Origin: a virus
Strand: one strand, 5' to 3'
IMG/VR virus record: IMGVR_UViG_3300020183_000033
Span: 25,972 to 89,971 of that record
Length of the DNA: 64,000 nt
Shown here: piece by piece, positions 17,171 through 26,243 of the stretch
Layout: every line of letters starts with the position of its first letter
Position numbering within the stretch: position 1 is the first letter of the stretch
Translations under genes and position numbers: made by a program
The notes under the pieces: generated by a model
What the model was told of the DNA's origin: nothing
The model's input: only the letters and a program-made list of their open reading frames with translations
Database searches by the model: none

Positions 17171-17899
17171 ATGGCAAGCAAGACATCGAAACCAAGAAAA
17201 TCAGTTGAACCTAAAATTGATTCGTCGTTTACTCTTAAGAATATTCAACCAATCAACGAATGTCAGAAAGACGTTATTGAGTCATTTCAACAAGGTCAGA
17301 ATATGGTTTTAATGGGAACAGCAGGAACTGGAAAAACGTTCCTCTCGTTATTTCTTGCACTTAACGACATCATAAAAGGAAAGGGCGAACGTCCTAACAA
17401 GATTATGATTATCCGTTCAATTGTTGCTTCGCGCGACATCGGGTTTCTACCTGGAACGGTTAAAGAAAAAATGGCTGTTTACGAAGAACCATACAAAGGC
17501 GTATTCGCTGAACTGTTTGGCAGAGGCGACGCTTATGAAGTTCTTAAGAGCAAAGGATTTGTGGAGTTTTGCTCCACTTCCTATCTAAGAGGCACAACGA
17601 TTAATAACACGTATGTGATTCTTGACGAATTCCAGAACTGCACTTTCGCTGAGCTCGATACGGTAATATCTCGACTCGGAATTGGGTCGCTTTTAATCTT
17701 TTGTGGTGACATTGAACAGACTGACCTTAACAAGAAGTGTAATGATGTAACAGGGTTACCTGACTTTGTTCGTATTATCGAGGAAATGGAATCCTTTGAT
17801 ATTATCGAGTTCGGAGTAGAAGACATTGTACGTAGCGGTTTGGTAAAGGAATACATCTTAGCTAAACGAAAGTTAGATCTAAATTTTAGAGACGAATAG
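17171..17899 (+). CDS. phoH: PhoH-like ATPase
   Basis: GTAGTGKT, GFLPG...EK, LRG.T, DE.QN, GD..QTDL, DIVRSGLV. Confidence 0.92.
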   Translation: MASKTSKPRKSVEPKIDSSFTLKNIQPINECQKDVIESFQQGQNMVLMGTAGTGKTFLSLFLALNDIIKGKGERPNKIMIIRSIVASRDIGFLPGTVKEKMAVYEEPYKGVFAELFGRGDAYEVLKSKGFVEFCSTSYLRGTTINNTYVILDEFQNCTFAELDTVISRLGIGSLLIFCGDIEQTDLNKKCNDVTGLPDFVRIIEEMESFDIIEFGVEDIVRSGLVKEYILAKRKLDLNFRDE

Positions 17900-18583
17900 G
17901 TGAAGAAATTTATTCATAAGGGATTAGAGATCCCTGTGCTAGAAACTTTTTATAAGGAAGGGCATAGATACTATGTCACGCCAACGGGCAACTCTTATCC
18001 TTCTGTTTCTACAGTCATGGGATCTCTTTCCAAAGATTCAATTGAACAATGGCGTAAGCGAGTCGGCGAAGAAGAAGCCGATAAGATCTCGAACTACGCC
18101 ACTACCTTTGGAACGAACATCCATAAGATCATTGAAGATTATATAGACAATAAAGAAGGCTATATAAACTTCGCGAGACCTCAAGAGAAATGGGTCTTCA
18201 ATGCAGCAGAACCAATTATAGACGAGTGTATTGACAACGTATTCTGTCAGGAAGCTTGCCTGTATTCTGATGTACTACAACTCGCTGGAAGAACAGATTG
18301 TATCGCCGAGTTCAATGGTATACCTTCTGTTATCGACTTCAAGACAGCACGCAAGATGAAGAAGGAAGAACACATTGAGTCATATTTCCTTCAGGCAACT
18401 TGCTACTCTTTGATGTTCGAAGAGATTACTTCTATCAGAGTCCCGCAAATTGTTATCCTTATGATGACATATGATGCGGAAGTTAAAGTTTTCATCAAGT
18501 CTAGAAAAGATTATTATAAGCGTTTGAAAGAGGTTCTAAATGAGTTTAGAGGAAATCAAAGAAGCGATTGCAGCGGATCTTAA
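17900..18583 (+). CDS. PD-(D/E)XK exonuclease
   Basis: YPSV.TV, WR.RVG, GT..H, AGR.DCI......IDFKT, Y.LQ...Y. Confidence 0.85.
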   Translation: MKKFIHKGLEIPVLETFYKEGHRYYVTPTGNSYPSVSTVMGSLSKDSIEQWRKRVGEEEADKISNYATTFGTNIHKIIEDYIDNKEGYINFARPQEKWVFNAAEPIIDECIDNVFCQEACLYSDVLQLAGRTDCIAEFNGIPSVIDFKTARKMKKEEHIESYFLQATCYSLMFEEITSIRVPQIVILMMTYDAEVKVFIKSRKDYYKRLKEVLNEFRGNQRSDCSGS

Positions 18584-18965
18584 GATTGACAGGTTTAACC
18601 TTGTTGATGAGACATCCAGAACTCCTCAGTTGTTTTCTAAGTACCTTTCCATCTATACAGATGAGAAGCTGAAGTTAAGAATGTTGAAGCGGAAGTCGTT
18701 TCAAATGTACGCTGACCGCAGAGAGTTCTACATGGGTCAGAAACCAGATGATAAATATGTTGAGGAACCTTGGGACAAAAAGGTATTGCGCCAAGACGTT
18801 GACATTTACCTTGACGCAGACTCAAAACTCCAAGACCTAATGGATAAGATTTCTTATCAGGAAACAATTGTAGAGATGCTAGAACGCACTCTCAAGGAAA
18901 TTTCTGGAAGAAACTACCAAATCAAGAACATGGTAGATATAATCAGGTTTGAATCAGGCGCATGA
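18540..18965 (+). CDS. uvsY: Recombination mediator UvsY
   Basis: DL.ID...L..E....P.L..KY, Y.G, YLDAD, R...IKN....RF..G; precedes uvsW. Confidence 0.85.
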   Translation: MSLEEIKEAIAADLKIDRFNLVDETSRTPQLFSKYLSIYTDEKLKLRMLKRKSFQMYADRREFYMGQKPDDKYVEEPWDKKVLRQDVDIYLDADSKLQDLMDKISYQETIVEMLERTLKEISGRNYQIKNMVDIIRFESGA

Positions 18966-20442
18966 CATCTCGGTAATTAGAGTTAACTCTGTATGGTCCA
19001 GGGTCGAGGCCGATCCTGGCATCATAAAAGAATTATCTGACTCCTTTACATTTGATGTCCCCTCGGCTAAATTTATGCCGTCGTTCAGGAAGAGATACTG
19101 GGACGGCAAGATTCGCCTTATTAAAGCAGGAACGAATAAAGTCTATTCTGGTTTGCTACACTCTATCGAGGAGTGGGCCAAGGAACGCGACTATACCTTC
19201 GGAACTGATTTAGAGTTTAACACCAAACCAATTCCACTTTCCTTCAACAAATGGTATTCTTCTGGGAATAGAATCGAACCCAGAGAGTACCAAGCCAAAG
19301 CAATCTACAATGCTCAGAAGTACAAGCGTGCGATCTTCCTTTCCCCTACTGCCTCAGGCAAATCCCTAATCATCTATACGATTGCTAGAAACCTTCTTTC
19401 CAAGGTCGAAGGCAAAATCCTTATTCTTGTTCCCACTACATCTCTTGTAGAGCAGTTGTACGCTGACTTCCAAGACTACGCAAACGGTGAATGGAATGTT
19501 GTTGCCAACTGCACGAGGATCTACTCTGGAATGGAGAGAGAAGACAAGCGTATTGTTATCTCGACTTGGCAATCCCTATACGATCAACCAGCAAAATACT
19601 TTGATCCATTTGATGCAGTGATCGGCGACGAGTGCCATCTGTACAAGTCAAAAGAGATCTCTGGACTCTTGGAAAAAATGTCAAACGCTGAATACAGATA
19701 CGGTTTTACAGGAACTCTAGACGGCTCACAAACAAACAAGCTAATCCTTGAAGGCCTCTTTGGAAAAGTTGTTCAAGTAGCTTCTACTTCGCAGTTGGTA
19801 AAGGACAAACACTTGTCTCAGTTCAAGATTAACTGTATTTTGATTGATTATTCAAAAGAAGAAAAGGCTAAAAACAAAAACAACAACTACGAAGAAGAGA
19901 TCCAGTATATTATCGGTGGTAAGCTTAGGAACATGTTTATCGCTGATCTAGCGAAGTCCACAAAAGGTAACACTCTGGTCCTTTTCTCTAGAGTAGAAAC
20001 CCATGGCAAGATTATCTTTGATCTGATCAAGGAATCAACTGACCGCGATATCTACTTTATATACGGCGGAACAGAAACTTCTATCCGAGAAGACGTCAGA
20101 AAAAAAGTAGAAAACGCCGAGAACGCAATCATTGTTGCATCAACTCAGGTCTTTTCAACGGGCATAAATATAAAGTCGTTAGCCAATATTATATTTGCGT
20201 ACCCTTCAAAATCGAGAGTACGCACTCTACAGTCAATAGGAAGAGTTCTAAGATTATCGGATAAAAAGGAAATGTCTATTGTTTATGACATCTCAGATGA
20301 TCTTACCTGGAAGAATAAAAAGAATTACACTCTAAATCATTTCCTTGAGCGTTTAAAAATCTACACGTCGGAGGAATTTAACTACTCTATTAAGAAAGTA
20401 AATCTAAAAAACATCTATGTCGAAAATCAACTCAAACTTTGA
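18949..20442 (+). CDS. uvsW: DNA helicase UvsW
   Basis: F.P......WDGKIRL, PREYQ, SPTASGKS, VPTTSLV.Q, DECH, TGT, QSIGRVLR. Confidence 0.95.
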   Translation: MNQAHDISVIRVNSVWSRVEADPGIIKELSDSFTFDVPSAKFMPSFRKRYWDGKIRLIKAGTNKVYSGLLHSIEEWAKERDYTFGTDLEFNTKPIPLSFNKWYSSGNRIEPREYQAKAIYNAQKYKRAIFLSPTASGKSLIIYTIARNLLSKVEGKILILVPTTSLVEQLYADFQDYANGEWNVVANCTRIYSGMEREDKRIVISTWQSLYDQPAKYFDPFDAVIGDECHLYKSKEISGLLEKMSNAEYRYGFTGTLDGSQTNKLILEGLFGKVVQVASTSQLVKDKHLSQFKINCILIDYSKEEKAKNKNNNYEEEIQYIIGGKLRNMFIADLAKSTKGNTLVLFSRVETHGKIIFDLIKESTDRDIYFIYGGTETSIREDVRKKVENAENAIIVASTQVFSTGINIKSLANIIFAYPSKSRVRTLQSIGRVLRLSDKKEMSIVYDISDDLTWKNKKNYTLNHFLERLKIYTSEEFNYSIKKVNLKNIYVENQLKL

Positions 20443-20596
20443 AAAACGCATTCCAACTTCTGTTGATGAAGCTATGGAAGAATTAGATCGAAGGATCAGA
20501 CTTGCTTCATTAGGAGAGTTATCAACCAGACTTAATATAAGAGTTATCGTTAAGGGAGTTCTTGAAGACTTAGTTACTGGATTGGCTAATAAGTAA
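20417..20596 (+). CDS. Small hypothetical protein (59 aa)
   Basis: MSKINSNFEKRIPTSVDEAMEELDRRIRLAS...NK*, co-oriented and overlapping the uvsW end. Confidence 0.5.
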   Translation: MSKINSNFEKRIPTSVDEAMEELDRRIRLASLGELSTRLNIRVIVKGVLEDLVTGLANK

Positions 20597-20708
20597 CTAA
20601 ATATATTATTTTCGTAGAACATACTTATTGTAACTTTTTTTTATTCCTAAGTAAAGCGATTAGATAAAAAAAACCTCTTTACTTTTACATCCAATCAAGG
20701 TATACTAA

Positions 20709-20972
20709 ATGAGTAGAATAAAAAAGAAAGACCTTTATATGATGATTGGAATAACCCCTGAGCAGTTGGTGCAAGATATCTCAGATATCGTTTATCGGAA
20801 TAAGATGAATTATATCGATGCCACGGTATTCTATTGTGAGAAGAACAACCTTGACGTCGAGTCAGTAGGAAAGATCGTTCCTTCCTCTCTTAAGTCTAAG
20901 ATTGAAGAATCCGCTCGTGTCAATAGAATGTTAAAAAGAAAATACAACGACATCTCTACTCTTCCTATTTAA
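20709..20972 (+). CDS. gp33: Late-transcription coactivator gp33
   Basis: YIDA...YCE.N..D.E.V......LK.KI..A...; gp33-gp59-gp32 synteny. True start may be 20739. Confidence 0.85.
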   Translation: MSRIKKKDLYMMIGITPEQLVQDISDIVYRNKMNYIDATVFYCEKNNLDVESVGKIVPSSLKSKIEESARVNRMLKRKYNDISTLPI

Positions 20973-20974
20973 GT

Positions 20975-21604
20975 ATGAACCTTTCTGAGAGATCATTTAA
21001 TTATTACCGATATTTCATTGCCATCAAACTTCATTTTAAAAACAAGAACTACGATTTCTTTAAGTCTGCTGGAAAGACAACCACTTCTGTATCAGCATTT
21101 CAAGGAAGAAACGACAGGTACTTTTTCGAGAAAATGGCAAAGGTTTTTAACACTGACAAGTTCTTAGACAAGTGCTTAACTGAAGTAAAAAAGAACAGAA
21201 ACTTCTCTAGTCGAGATTTGTTTAGTCCTGATAACGAATCTCGATACCTGAAAAGAAAGGGCTACTTAGAATCTTTTCGAAGTTCGTTTGATAGAGAAAT
21301 TTCTGATGTTGTAAATCATTGTCTTAAAAACAAAATCTCAATAAAGGAACTAGTAGAAGGAACTGATGAACAGAGACCGCATATCTATCTTTTATTACAC
21401 AGAAATGTAATCTCAGAAGAAACATATCTATGTTTTGATCGTGTGTTTGATGTGTCTGTACATTTGGCGAAATTTTCAATGGATCCGCTATTAAGCGACA
21501 CAGAATTCTTTCTAAAGAAATACTATCCGTTTGTGGCAAAGTATTTTCCAAGAGATTCTGAGCTTAAAACTATTTTATCCAAAACGCTTGACATTTTGAG
21601 CTGA
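20975..21604 (+). CDS. gp59: Helicase loader gp59
   Basis: Y..F.AIKLHF....YDFFK..GK.......F..R.DRYFFEK. Confidence 0.85.
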   Translation: MNLSERSFNYYRYFIAIKLHFKNKNYDFFKSAGKTTTSVSAFQGRNDRYFFEKMAKVFNTDKFLDKCLTEVKKNRNFSSRDLFSPDNESRYLKRKGYLESFRSSFDREISDVVNHCLKNKISIKELVEGTDEQRPHIYLLLHRNVISEETYLCFDRVFDVSVHLAKFSMDPLLSDTEFFLKKYYPFVAKYFPRDSELKTILSKTLDILS

Positions 21605-21616
21605 ATATATTATAAT
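21588..21616 (+). promoter_or_regulatory. Consensus sigma70 promoter
   Basis: TTGACA-17 bp-TATAAT, then GAGGTG SD. Confidence 0.85.
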
Positions 21617-21633
21617 AAGTAAAGAGGTGATTA

Positions 21634-21984
21634 ATGGCTGATCGTAATCATGACGAAGATGATGACCTAGATGAATTTAAAGACGACGATGAGCTATTGG
21701 GAGATGATCCATCAGAGGATGGCTTAACTACTATAAGCCTGAGTCCTGAAGACATCGACAATATCTTTGAGTCTGTATATCGTGGCGTAGAATTATTGCA
21801 CTCGGTAATGGCGAACTTATATAAGAACCATCAGCAAAGGGTGGTTGATTATGATGTTTTGAAAACAACGCTTGATACCAAGAACGATGAGTTAAAGAAG
21901 TACAAAGACAAACTACTAGAAATTTACTCGCAACAGGCACCTAAGCCGACAAAGAGAAAAGGAAATAAAACAAATGAACTTTAA
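21634..21984 (+). CDS. Hypothetical protein with acidic N-terminus and coiled coil
   Basis: 116 aa, strong promoter and SD. Confidence 0.65.
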   Translation: MADRNHDEDDDLDEFKDDDELLGDDPSEDGLTTISLSPEDIDNIFESVYRGVELLHSVMANLYKNHQQRVVDYDVLKTTLDTKNDELKKYKDKLLEIYSQQAPKPTKRKGNKTNEL

Positions 21985-22885
21985 AGATCTAAAGAACAAA
22001 AGCAATTCAAGTATCAACAACTTGATTAACGAACTAGAAAAAACGAAGTCTTCTAGCTCTAAGTATATCGACGAACGTTATTGGTCTGTTCCGATAGACG
22101 AAAAGACTGGTAACGGTACAGCCCTGATTCGTTTCCTTCCTGTATCAAACGGCGACAAGGTTCCATGGGTAATTTTCTATTCTCACGGTTTCCAGGGTCC
22201 AGGCGGATGGTATATCGAGAATTCTCTTACTACTATCGGTCAACCTGATCCTGTTTCTGAAATGAACTCAGAACTCTGGGCAACTGGTATCGACGCCAAT
22301 AAGGAGATCGTACGCAAGCGTAAACGCAAGCAGCACTTTATCTCCAACATTCTTGTGCTTTCTGATCCAAAGAACCCACAGAATGAAGGTAAGGTTTTCC
22401 TGTTCAAGTATGGTAAGAAACTGTTCTCGAAGATTCAGGAAAAGCTGCAGCCAGAGTTTGCTGACGAACAGCCAACTGATGTGTTTGATTACTGGAAGGG
22501 TGCTAACTTCCGTCTAAAGATCAAGAAGGTTGAAGGTTATCCTAACTATGATTCTTCTATGTTCGAGGCTCCTTCGGCTCTGTTTGACGGTGACGAAGCA
22601 AAGCTAGAAAAACTTTGGAACTCTCAGTTTTCTCTTTCCGAGGAAGTCGGACCATCTAAGTTCAAGAATTACGATGAGCTAAAGACTCGTATGAATAAGG
22701 TGCTTGGTAATAAACCAGCAGCGGCTTCTCAGACAATGGCTGAAGCTGCACCGCCTTCGTTCAAGATCAAAGAAGCACCACCAGCAAAGGCTGCGACTTC
22801 TTCTGAAGAAGACTTGCCTTGGAAGGAATCTTCTGACGACGAAGATGAAGCACTCGCTTACTTCAAGAACATGAGCGACGAGTAA
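21974..22885 (+). CDS. gp32: Single-stranded DNA-binding protein gp32
   Basis: GNG.A.IRFLP, HGFQGPGGWYIENSLTT, P.NEGKVFL..YGKK.F.KI, GANF.LKI, NYD.S.F, acidic tail. Confidence 0.97.
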   Translation: MNFKDLKNKSNSSINNLINELEKTKSSSSKYIDERYWSVPIDEKTGNGTALIRFLPVSNGDKVPWVIFYSHGFQGPGGWYIENSLTTIGQPDPVSEMNSELWATGIDANKEIVRKRKRKQHFISNILVLSDPKNPQNEGKVFLFKYGKKLFSKIQEKLQPEFADEQPTDVFDYWKGANFRLKIKKVEGYPNYDSSMFEAPSALFDGDEAKLEKLWNSQFSLSEEVGPSKFKNYDELKTRMNKVLGNKPAAASQTMAEAAPPSFKIKEAPPAKAATSSEEDLPWKESSDDEDEALAYFKNMSDE

Positions 22886-22901
22886 TTAACAGGGAAAATA
22901 A

Positions 22902-23087
22902 ATGGACTACAGTTTCTTATTCGGGAAAACTGTTCAGGAAGCGTGTCAGTATTTAAAAGATATTGGCATTCCCTTCCGCGTTTCTTCAGACAACAACATG
23001 CCGACGCTTATAACTTCTGATTATAATGTGTCTCGTGTTAACCTACAAGTAAAAAATGGTGTTGTACAAAAGATATATATAGGCTAA
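22902..23087 (+). CDS. Small protein resembling the I78/potato-inhibitor-I protease inhibitor fold
   Basis: GK....A...........T.DY...RVNL.V.NG.V.....G pattern. Confidence 0.55.
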   Translation: MDYSFLFGKTVQEACQYLKDIGIPFRVSSDNNMPTLITSDYNVSRVNLQVKNGVVQKIYIG

Positions 23088-23107
23088 AAAAATTATAAAA
23101 AGCCTTG

Positions 23108-23167
23108 CCTTTTAGAATCAATGAGTTACAGCTAAGTCACTGATTCTAAAAGGAAATAAAGTTCTTG
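23108..23167. repeat. Palindromic promoter cassette, copy 6
   Basis: CCTTTTAGAATCAATGAGTTA-cagc-TAAGTCACTGATTCTAAAAGG-AAATAAAGTTC. Confidence 0.85.
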
Positions 23168-23219
23168 TGTTCTTCACGCTGCGCGCGAGGAATACTAAAA
23201 AAAAGTCAAAAAAAATTCT

Positions 23220-23247
23220 TTGACTTTGGGCGTTAGTACGGTATACT
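23220..23247 (+). promoter_or_regulatory. sigma70-type promoter
   Basis: TTGACT-16 bp-TATACT preceded by A-tracts. Confidence 0.65.
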
Positions 23248-23306
23248 AATAAAGTAGTAGTTGATAAGCTACTATGAGTAGTTTAATTTGATAGGAGAAA
23301 AAAATT

Positions 23307-23516
23307 ATGTCAAATCTGTCGCAGAATGAAAAGATTACTTCTGTTCTAGAAAGGGGAGGTTCGCTTACTGCTGCGCAGGCGCGTTCCCGCTTCGGCGTAC
23401 GGAATCTTCGTGCTCGTATCTATGACCTCCGTGAAGAAGGTCTTGATATTCGTACCACTATGAAGGCAACTCGTACTTCTAGTAAGCCAGTCGCTTTCTA
23501 TTCACTAGAAGCTTAA
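23307..23516 (+). CDS. Winged helix-turn-helix DNA-binding protein
   Basis: L..G.SLT..QA...FGV.NLRARI.DLR..G..I pattern, AGGAG SD. Confidence 0.75.
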   Translation: MSNLSQNEKITSVLERGGSLTAAQARSRFGVRNLRARIYDLREEGLDIRTTMKATRTSSKPVAFYSLEA

Positions 23517-23534
23517 CTTTGTTCATACCATGAA

Positions 23535-23570
23535 GCCCGAGAGCACCCAAGTGCTCTTGGGCCACCTTTT
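23535..23570 (+). terminator. Probable terminator hairpin
   Basis: GCCCGAGAGCAC-ccaa-GTGCTCTTGGGC followed by CACCTTTTT. Confidence 0.6.
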
Positions 23571-23579
23571 TGAGGTAAT

Positions 23580-23852
23580 ATGTTTTCTTATAATGAAGAT
23601 AAACAGTTAGAAAAAATCAAGAAGTATATTGAGACAACCTATGGTCAACATTATGTCTCGACTGTAGACGGCAAACCTGTGCAGGTTCAAGATCTCTTAA
23701 TTGCATCAGGCCATGCTGAATCGTTTTATGTTGGTAATGCAGCGAAGTATTTACTTCGATATGGTAAAAAGGAAGGTCAGAACGAGAAAGATCTGTTAAA
23801 GGCAGCGCATTATATTACGTTGCTCTTAAACTTAAATCATCCCGTGAAGTGA
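23580..23852 (+). CDS. DUF3310-like (T7 gp1.7-related) protein
   Basis: TY.QHY, F..GN..KY..RYGKK.G....DL.KA.HY. Confidence 0.75.
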   Translation: MFSYNEDKQLEKIKKYIETTYGQHYVSTVDGKPVQVQDLLIASGHAESFYVGNAAKYLLRYGKKEGQNEKDLLKAAHYITLLLNLNHPVK

Positions 23853-23853
23853 T

Positions 23854-24183
23854 ATGCAAAAATTTAATGGCCCTGTTGAATTTAGAAATCATATTGTTCT
23901 TTCTTTAATGAAGGGTCCGTGTTATGCAATCTTTCAGAAGAAAGATGGAACAGTAAGACACATGGTGTGTACCTTACATAACCAGTTGATTCCTCAGAAC
24001 ACAGAAGAAGATCCAACTGTAAGTAAGACTTATAAACAAAGATCAGATAAAAGCATTTCCGTTTATGATCTTGAGAAGTGTCAATGGCGTTCTTTTGTTG
24101 TTGAAAATATAAAGTTTTTCAAAGAACTAAATAAATTTGACGAAACAACTAAGAGTACCTTAAAGGAGAAATATAATGTTTAA
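23854..24183 (+). CDS. WYL_2/SH3-barrel-like protein
   Basis: F.KKDG..R.M..TL, V.D.E...WRSF. Confidence 0.75.
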   Translation: MQKFNGPVEFRNHIVLSLMKGPCYAIFQKKDGTVRHMVCTLHNQLIPQNTEEDPTVSKTYKQRSDKSISVYDLEKCQWRSFVVENIKFFKELNKFDETTKSTLKEKYNV

Positions 24184-24577
24184 ACTAATTGTTGTATTCT
24201 TGATTTTTTCTGCTATTTCTTTTGGTCAAACTTATTGGCCTTCTGGTTCTGAACATTTATATTACAGAAATTATTATTATAATAATTTCTATAGAAACTA
24301 TTATCGGAACCTAAATTATCGTTATTACAACAACTTGCCTGGGATCTCAGGAGCAGCTACTACTGCTATTGGCATTGGCGCTGGTTTGGCTGGTTATATT
24401 ATCGGTTCTAAAACTGCACCGAAGAAACAAGATGCACCAGTTTATCAACAAGATGCATCGGTTTATCAAAATATCGAATGCAAAGAATTTCCAGTAAAGG
24501 TTAAGGTCGAAGGAAAAGAAGTTGACGCCAAGATTCAAAAGTGCCGTGTCGGTGATGGACCTTGGCAGATTCCTTAA
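24176..24577 (+). CDS. Secreted/membrane hypothetical protein with glycine-zipper segment
   Basis: Signal peptide MFKLIVVFLIFSAISFG, Y/N-rich tract, AIGIGAGLAGYIIG. Confidence 0.6.
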   Translation: MFKLIVVFLIFSAISFGQTYWPSGSEHLYYRNYYYNNFYRNYYRNLNYRYYNNLPGISGAATTAIGIGAGLAGYIIGSKTAPKKQDAPVYQQDASVYQNIECKEFPVKVKVEGKEVDAKIQKCRVGDGPWQIP

Positions 24578-24610
24578 ATCTAAAAGAAAGCGAATTTAAA
24601 CGAGAACAGT

Positions 24611-24886
24611 ATGGTTCTAAATTCTGAAAATTTCACCAGCGAGACTTCTTCAGGAGAATCGCTGGTTGTTTTTTCTTCCTCCAACTCTGCGAAATTAGCA
24701 CCAGTTCTCGCCAAACTTTCTTTCCATCCCAGAGTCTTTACTCTTGATATTGAGACAAATCGAGATTTGGCGGCTAACTACAATATCAGAATTACACCGA
24801 TTGTATATCATTTTAAAGAAGGCAACATTATAAATACCTATAAGATCAACCAACTAGAAGAACTCATATGTACACTAAAATATTAG
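24611..24886 (+). CDS. Thioredoxin-fold protein lacking the CxxC active site
   Basis: LNSENF...LVVF...KLAPVL..L....F.LDI..N.DLA..Y.I...P....FK.G aligns with thioredoxin, but WCGPC is missing. Confidence 0.65.
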   Translation: MVLNSENFTSETSSGESLVVFSSSNSAKLAPVLAKLSFHPRVFTLDIETNRDLAANYNIRITPIVYHFKEGNIINTYKINQLEELICTLKY

Positions 24887-25578
24887 AAGGCGTAAAGGTA
24901 ATATGCCTCTGTGCTTTTGTTTGGATTATTTATGACATTTCTTTAACTGTTAAACATACCAGTCAAGAATTAGTTTTAATCGCCAAGGAAACAAAAAACG
25001 AAACCCTCCAAGAAGTAACTTCTATCCGAAAAGATACCTTTTCTTTTCTTGATAGAACAACAAACAAAATAGAAAACAGGTTATCTTCCGTAGAAGCAAA
25101 AACGTTTAATCGCTTAGACTCTATAGAAGATAACCTTTTCGCAGAAGTTCGTCTCGCGCGCAAGGACTTAAATTCTCAGTTAACTGTCACTAATAATACA
25201 GTCAAGAACCTCGCGGAAGAATATTCTACCTTACCAAAGGAGATAAGGTTAATCGCTTCTAGATTAGAAGAACAAACTAATTGCGAGATAAACGAATTGT
25301 GCTGGCAAAATATGACAACTGATTTATTGATCGACACAAGAAACGTTGTCAGAGATGGTTCCAAAACTTTCAGAATAATAAATAATTCTGTACCGAAGTT
25401 GGTAGAAGATTCAACAAAAGTTTCTTCTGCCGTTGCAACTAACCTTCCTATTGTGACCAAAAATGTCGCTGAGACTTCTGATCACATTAGGAGAATTACT
25501 AAACCGAGATGGTATGACAAGTTCATTACCTATGGCCTGAGCGGTGCCTTATTATACGTGACCGCTTCAAAACCTTAA
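24868..25578 (+). CDS. Membrane-anchored coiled-coil protein
   Basis: N-terminal TM helix, long helical body, hydrophobic C-terminus. Confidence 0.6.
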   Translation: MYTKILEGVKVICLCAFVWIIYDISLTVKHTSQELVLIAKETKNETLQEVTSIRKDTFSFLDRTTNKIENRLSSVEAKTFNRLDSIEDNLFAEVRLARKDLNSQLTVTNNTVKNLAEEYSTLPKEIRLIASRLEEQTNCEINELCWQNMTTDLLIDTRNVVRDGSKTFRIINNSVPKLVEDSTKVSSAVATNLPIVTKNVAETSDHIRRITKPRWYDKFITYGLSGALLYVTASKP

Positions 25579-25587
25579 GGAGACATC

Positions 25588-25932
25588 ATGAAAATAATCG
25601 ATTTTTTCAAGAAGTTATTTAGTTCTTATACAAGCAAGAAGATCGGTTCCGTTCTATCTATTCTAGATAAGGTCGGTCCTCTTGTGGAGAAGGCATATCC
25701 TATTGTTAAGCGCATTGCAGAACTCACGCCTAACAAGACAGATGATCAGATTCTAGCAGTATACAAACAATACGGTGTGGAAAATTACTTCAAAACAGGA
25801 GCAGATCGAGCAATTCTTCTGCGCGATCTAGCAAAGGTTGTTCTTATTCAAGTAGAAAATATTAACCCTGTTGCCGAATACATTTTAAACCTAGCTGTCG
25901 AATTGGCTTACGCTAAATTTAAAGAAAAGTAG
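25588..25932 (+). CDS. Hypothetical protein (possible lysis-associated)
   Basis: AAGGAG SD; TPNK.DD motif in an amphipathic helical protein. Confidence 0.55.
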   Translation: MKIIDFFKKLFSSYTSKKIGSVLSILDKVGPLVEKAYPIVKRIAELTPNKTDDQILAVYKQYGVENYFKTGADRAILLRDLAKVVLIQVENINPVAEYILNLAVELAYAKFKEK

Positions 25933-25939
25933 ATAATCC

Positions 25940-26218
25940 GTGGAACAAAACTTAAAAACATTTTGCAATAGTAAGTGGGAGATCTTCGTTAGAAGTATAG
26001 CGAGTGAAGGTGGCAATATTATTGTTTTGTTGTTTTTGATTCTTGTTCTTGGAATTTTTGTTTTATTGAAATTTGATGGTGCCACTGAGCAGCTGTACTT
26101 TGTACTCGGTGCATTAGTTGGTGTATTAAAAGGAAGGATAGCCTCTAATCCTAATCAAATAGATATTAAAACAGAAAAAACTATTTCTTTACTTGAGGAT
26201 AATTCTAAGGTAGAATAG
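25940..26218 (+). CDS. Two-TM membrane protein (holin-like)
   Basis: IIVLLFLILVLGIFVLL and LYFVLGALVGVL hydrophobic segments. Confidence 0.55.
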   Translation: MEQNLKTFCNSKWEIFVRSIASEGGNIIVLLFLILVLGIFVLLKFDGATEQLYFVLGALVGVLKGRIASNPNQIDIKTEKTISLLEDNSKVE

Positions 26219-26243
26219 TTATATAAGAGAAGGTTATTACTTG

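Noticed and set aside
17900-18583. Cas4 / CRISPR-associated nuclease
   Set aside because: Lacks the four-Cys Fe-S pattern, there is no cas operon or array, and it sits at the usual phoH-exonuclease position
20404-20622. 72-aa minus-strand ORF
   Set aside because: Antisense shadow of the co-oriented plus-strand ORF 20417-20596
8600-23167. Palindromic repeats as CRISPR repeats or IS terminal inverted repeats
   Set aside because: They are dispersed kilobases apart with no regular spacers, transposase or target-site duplications
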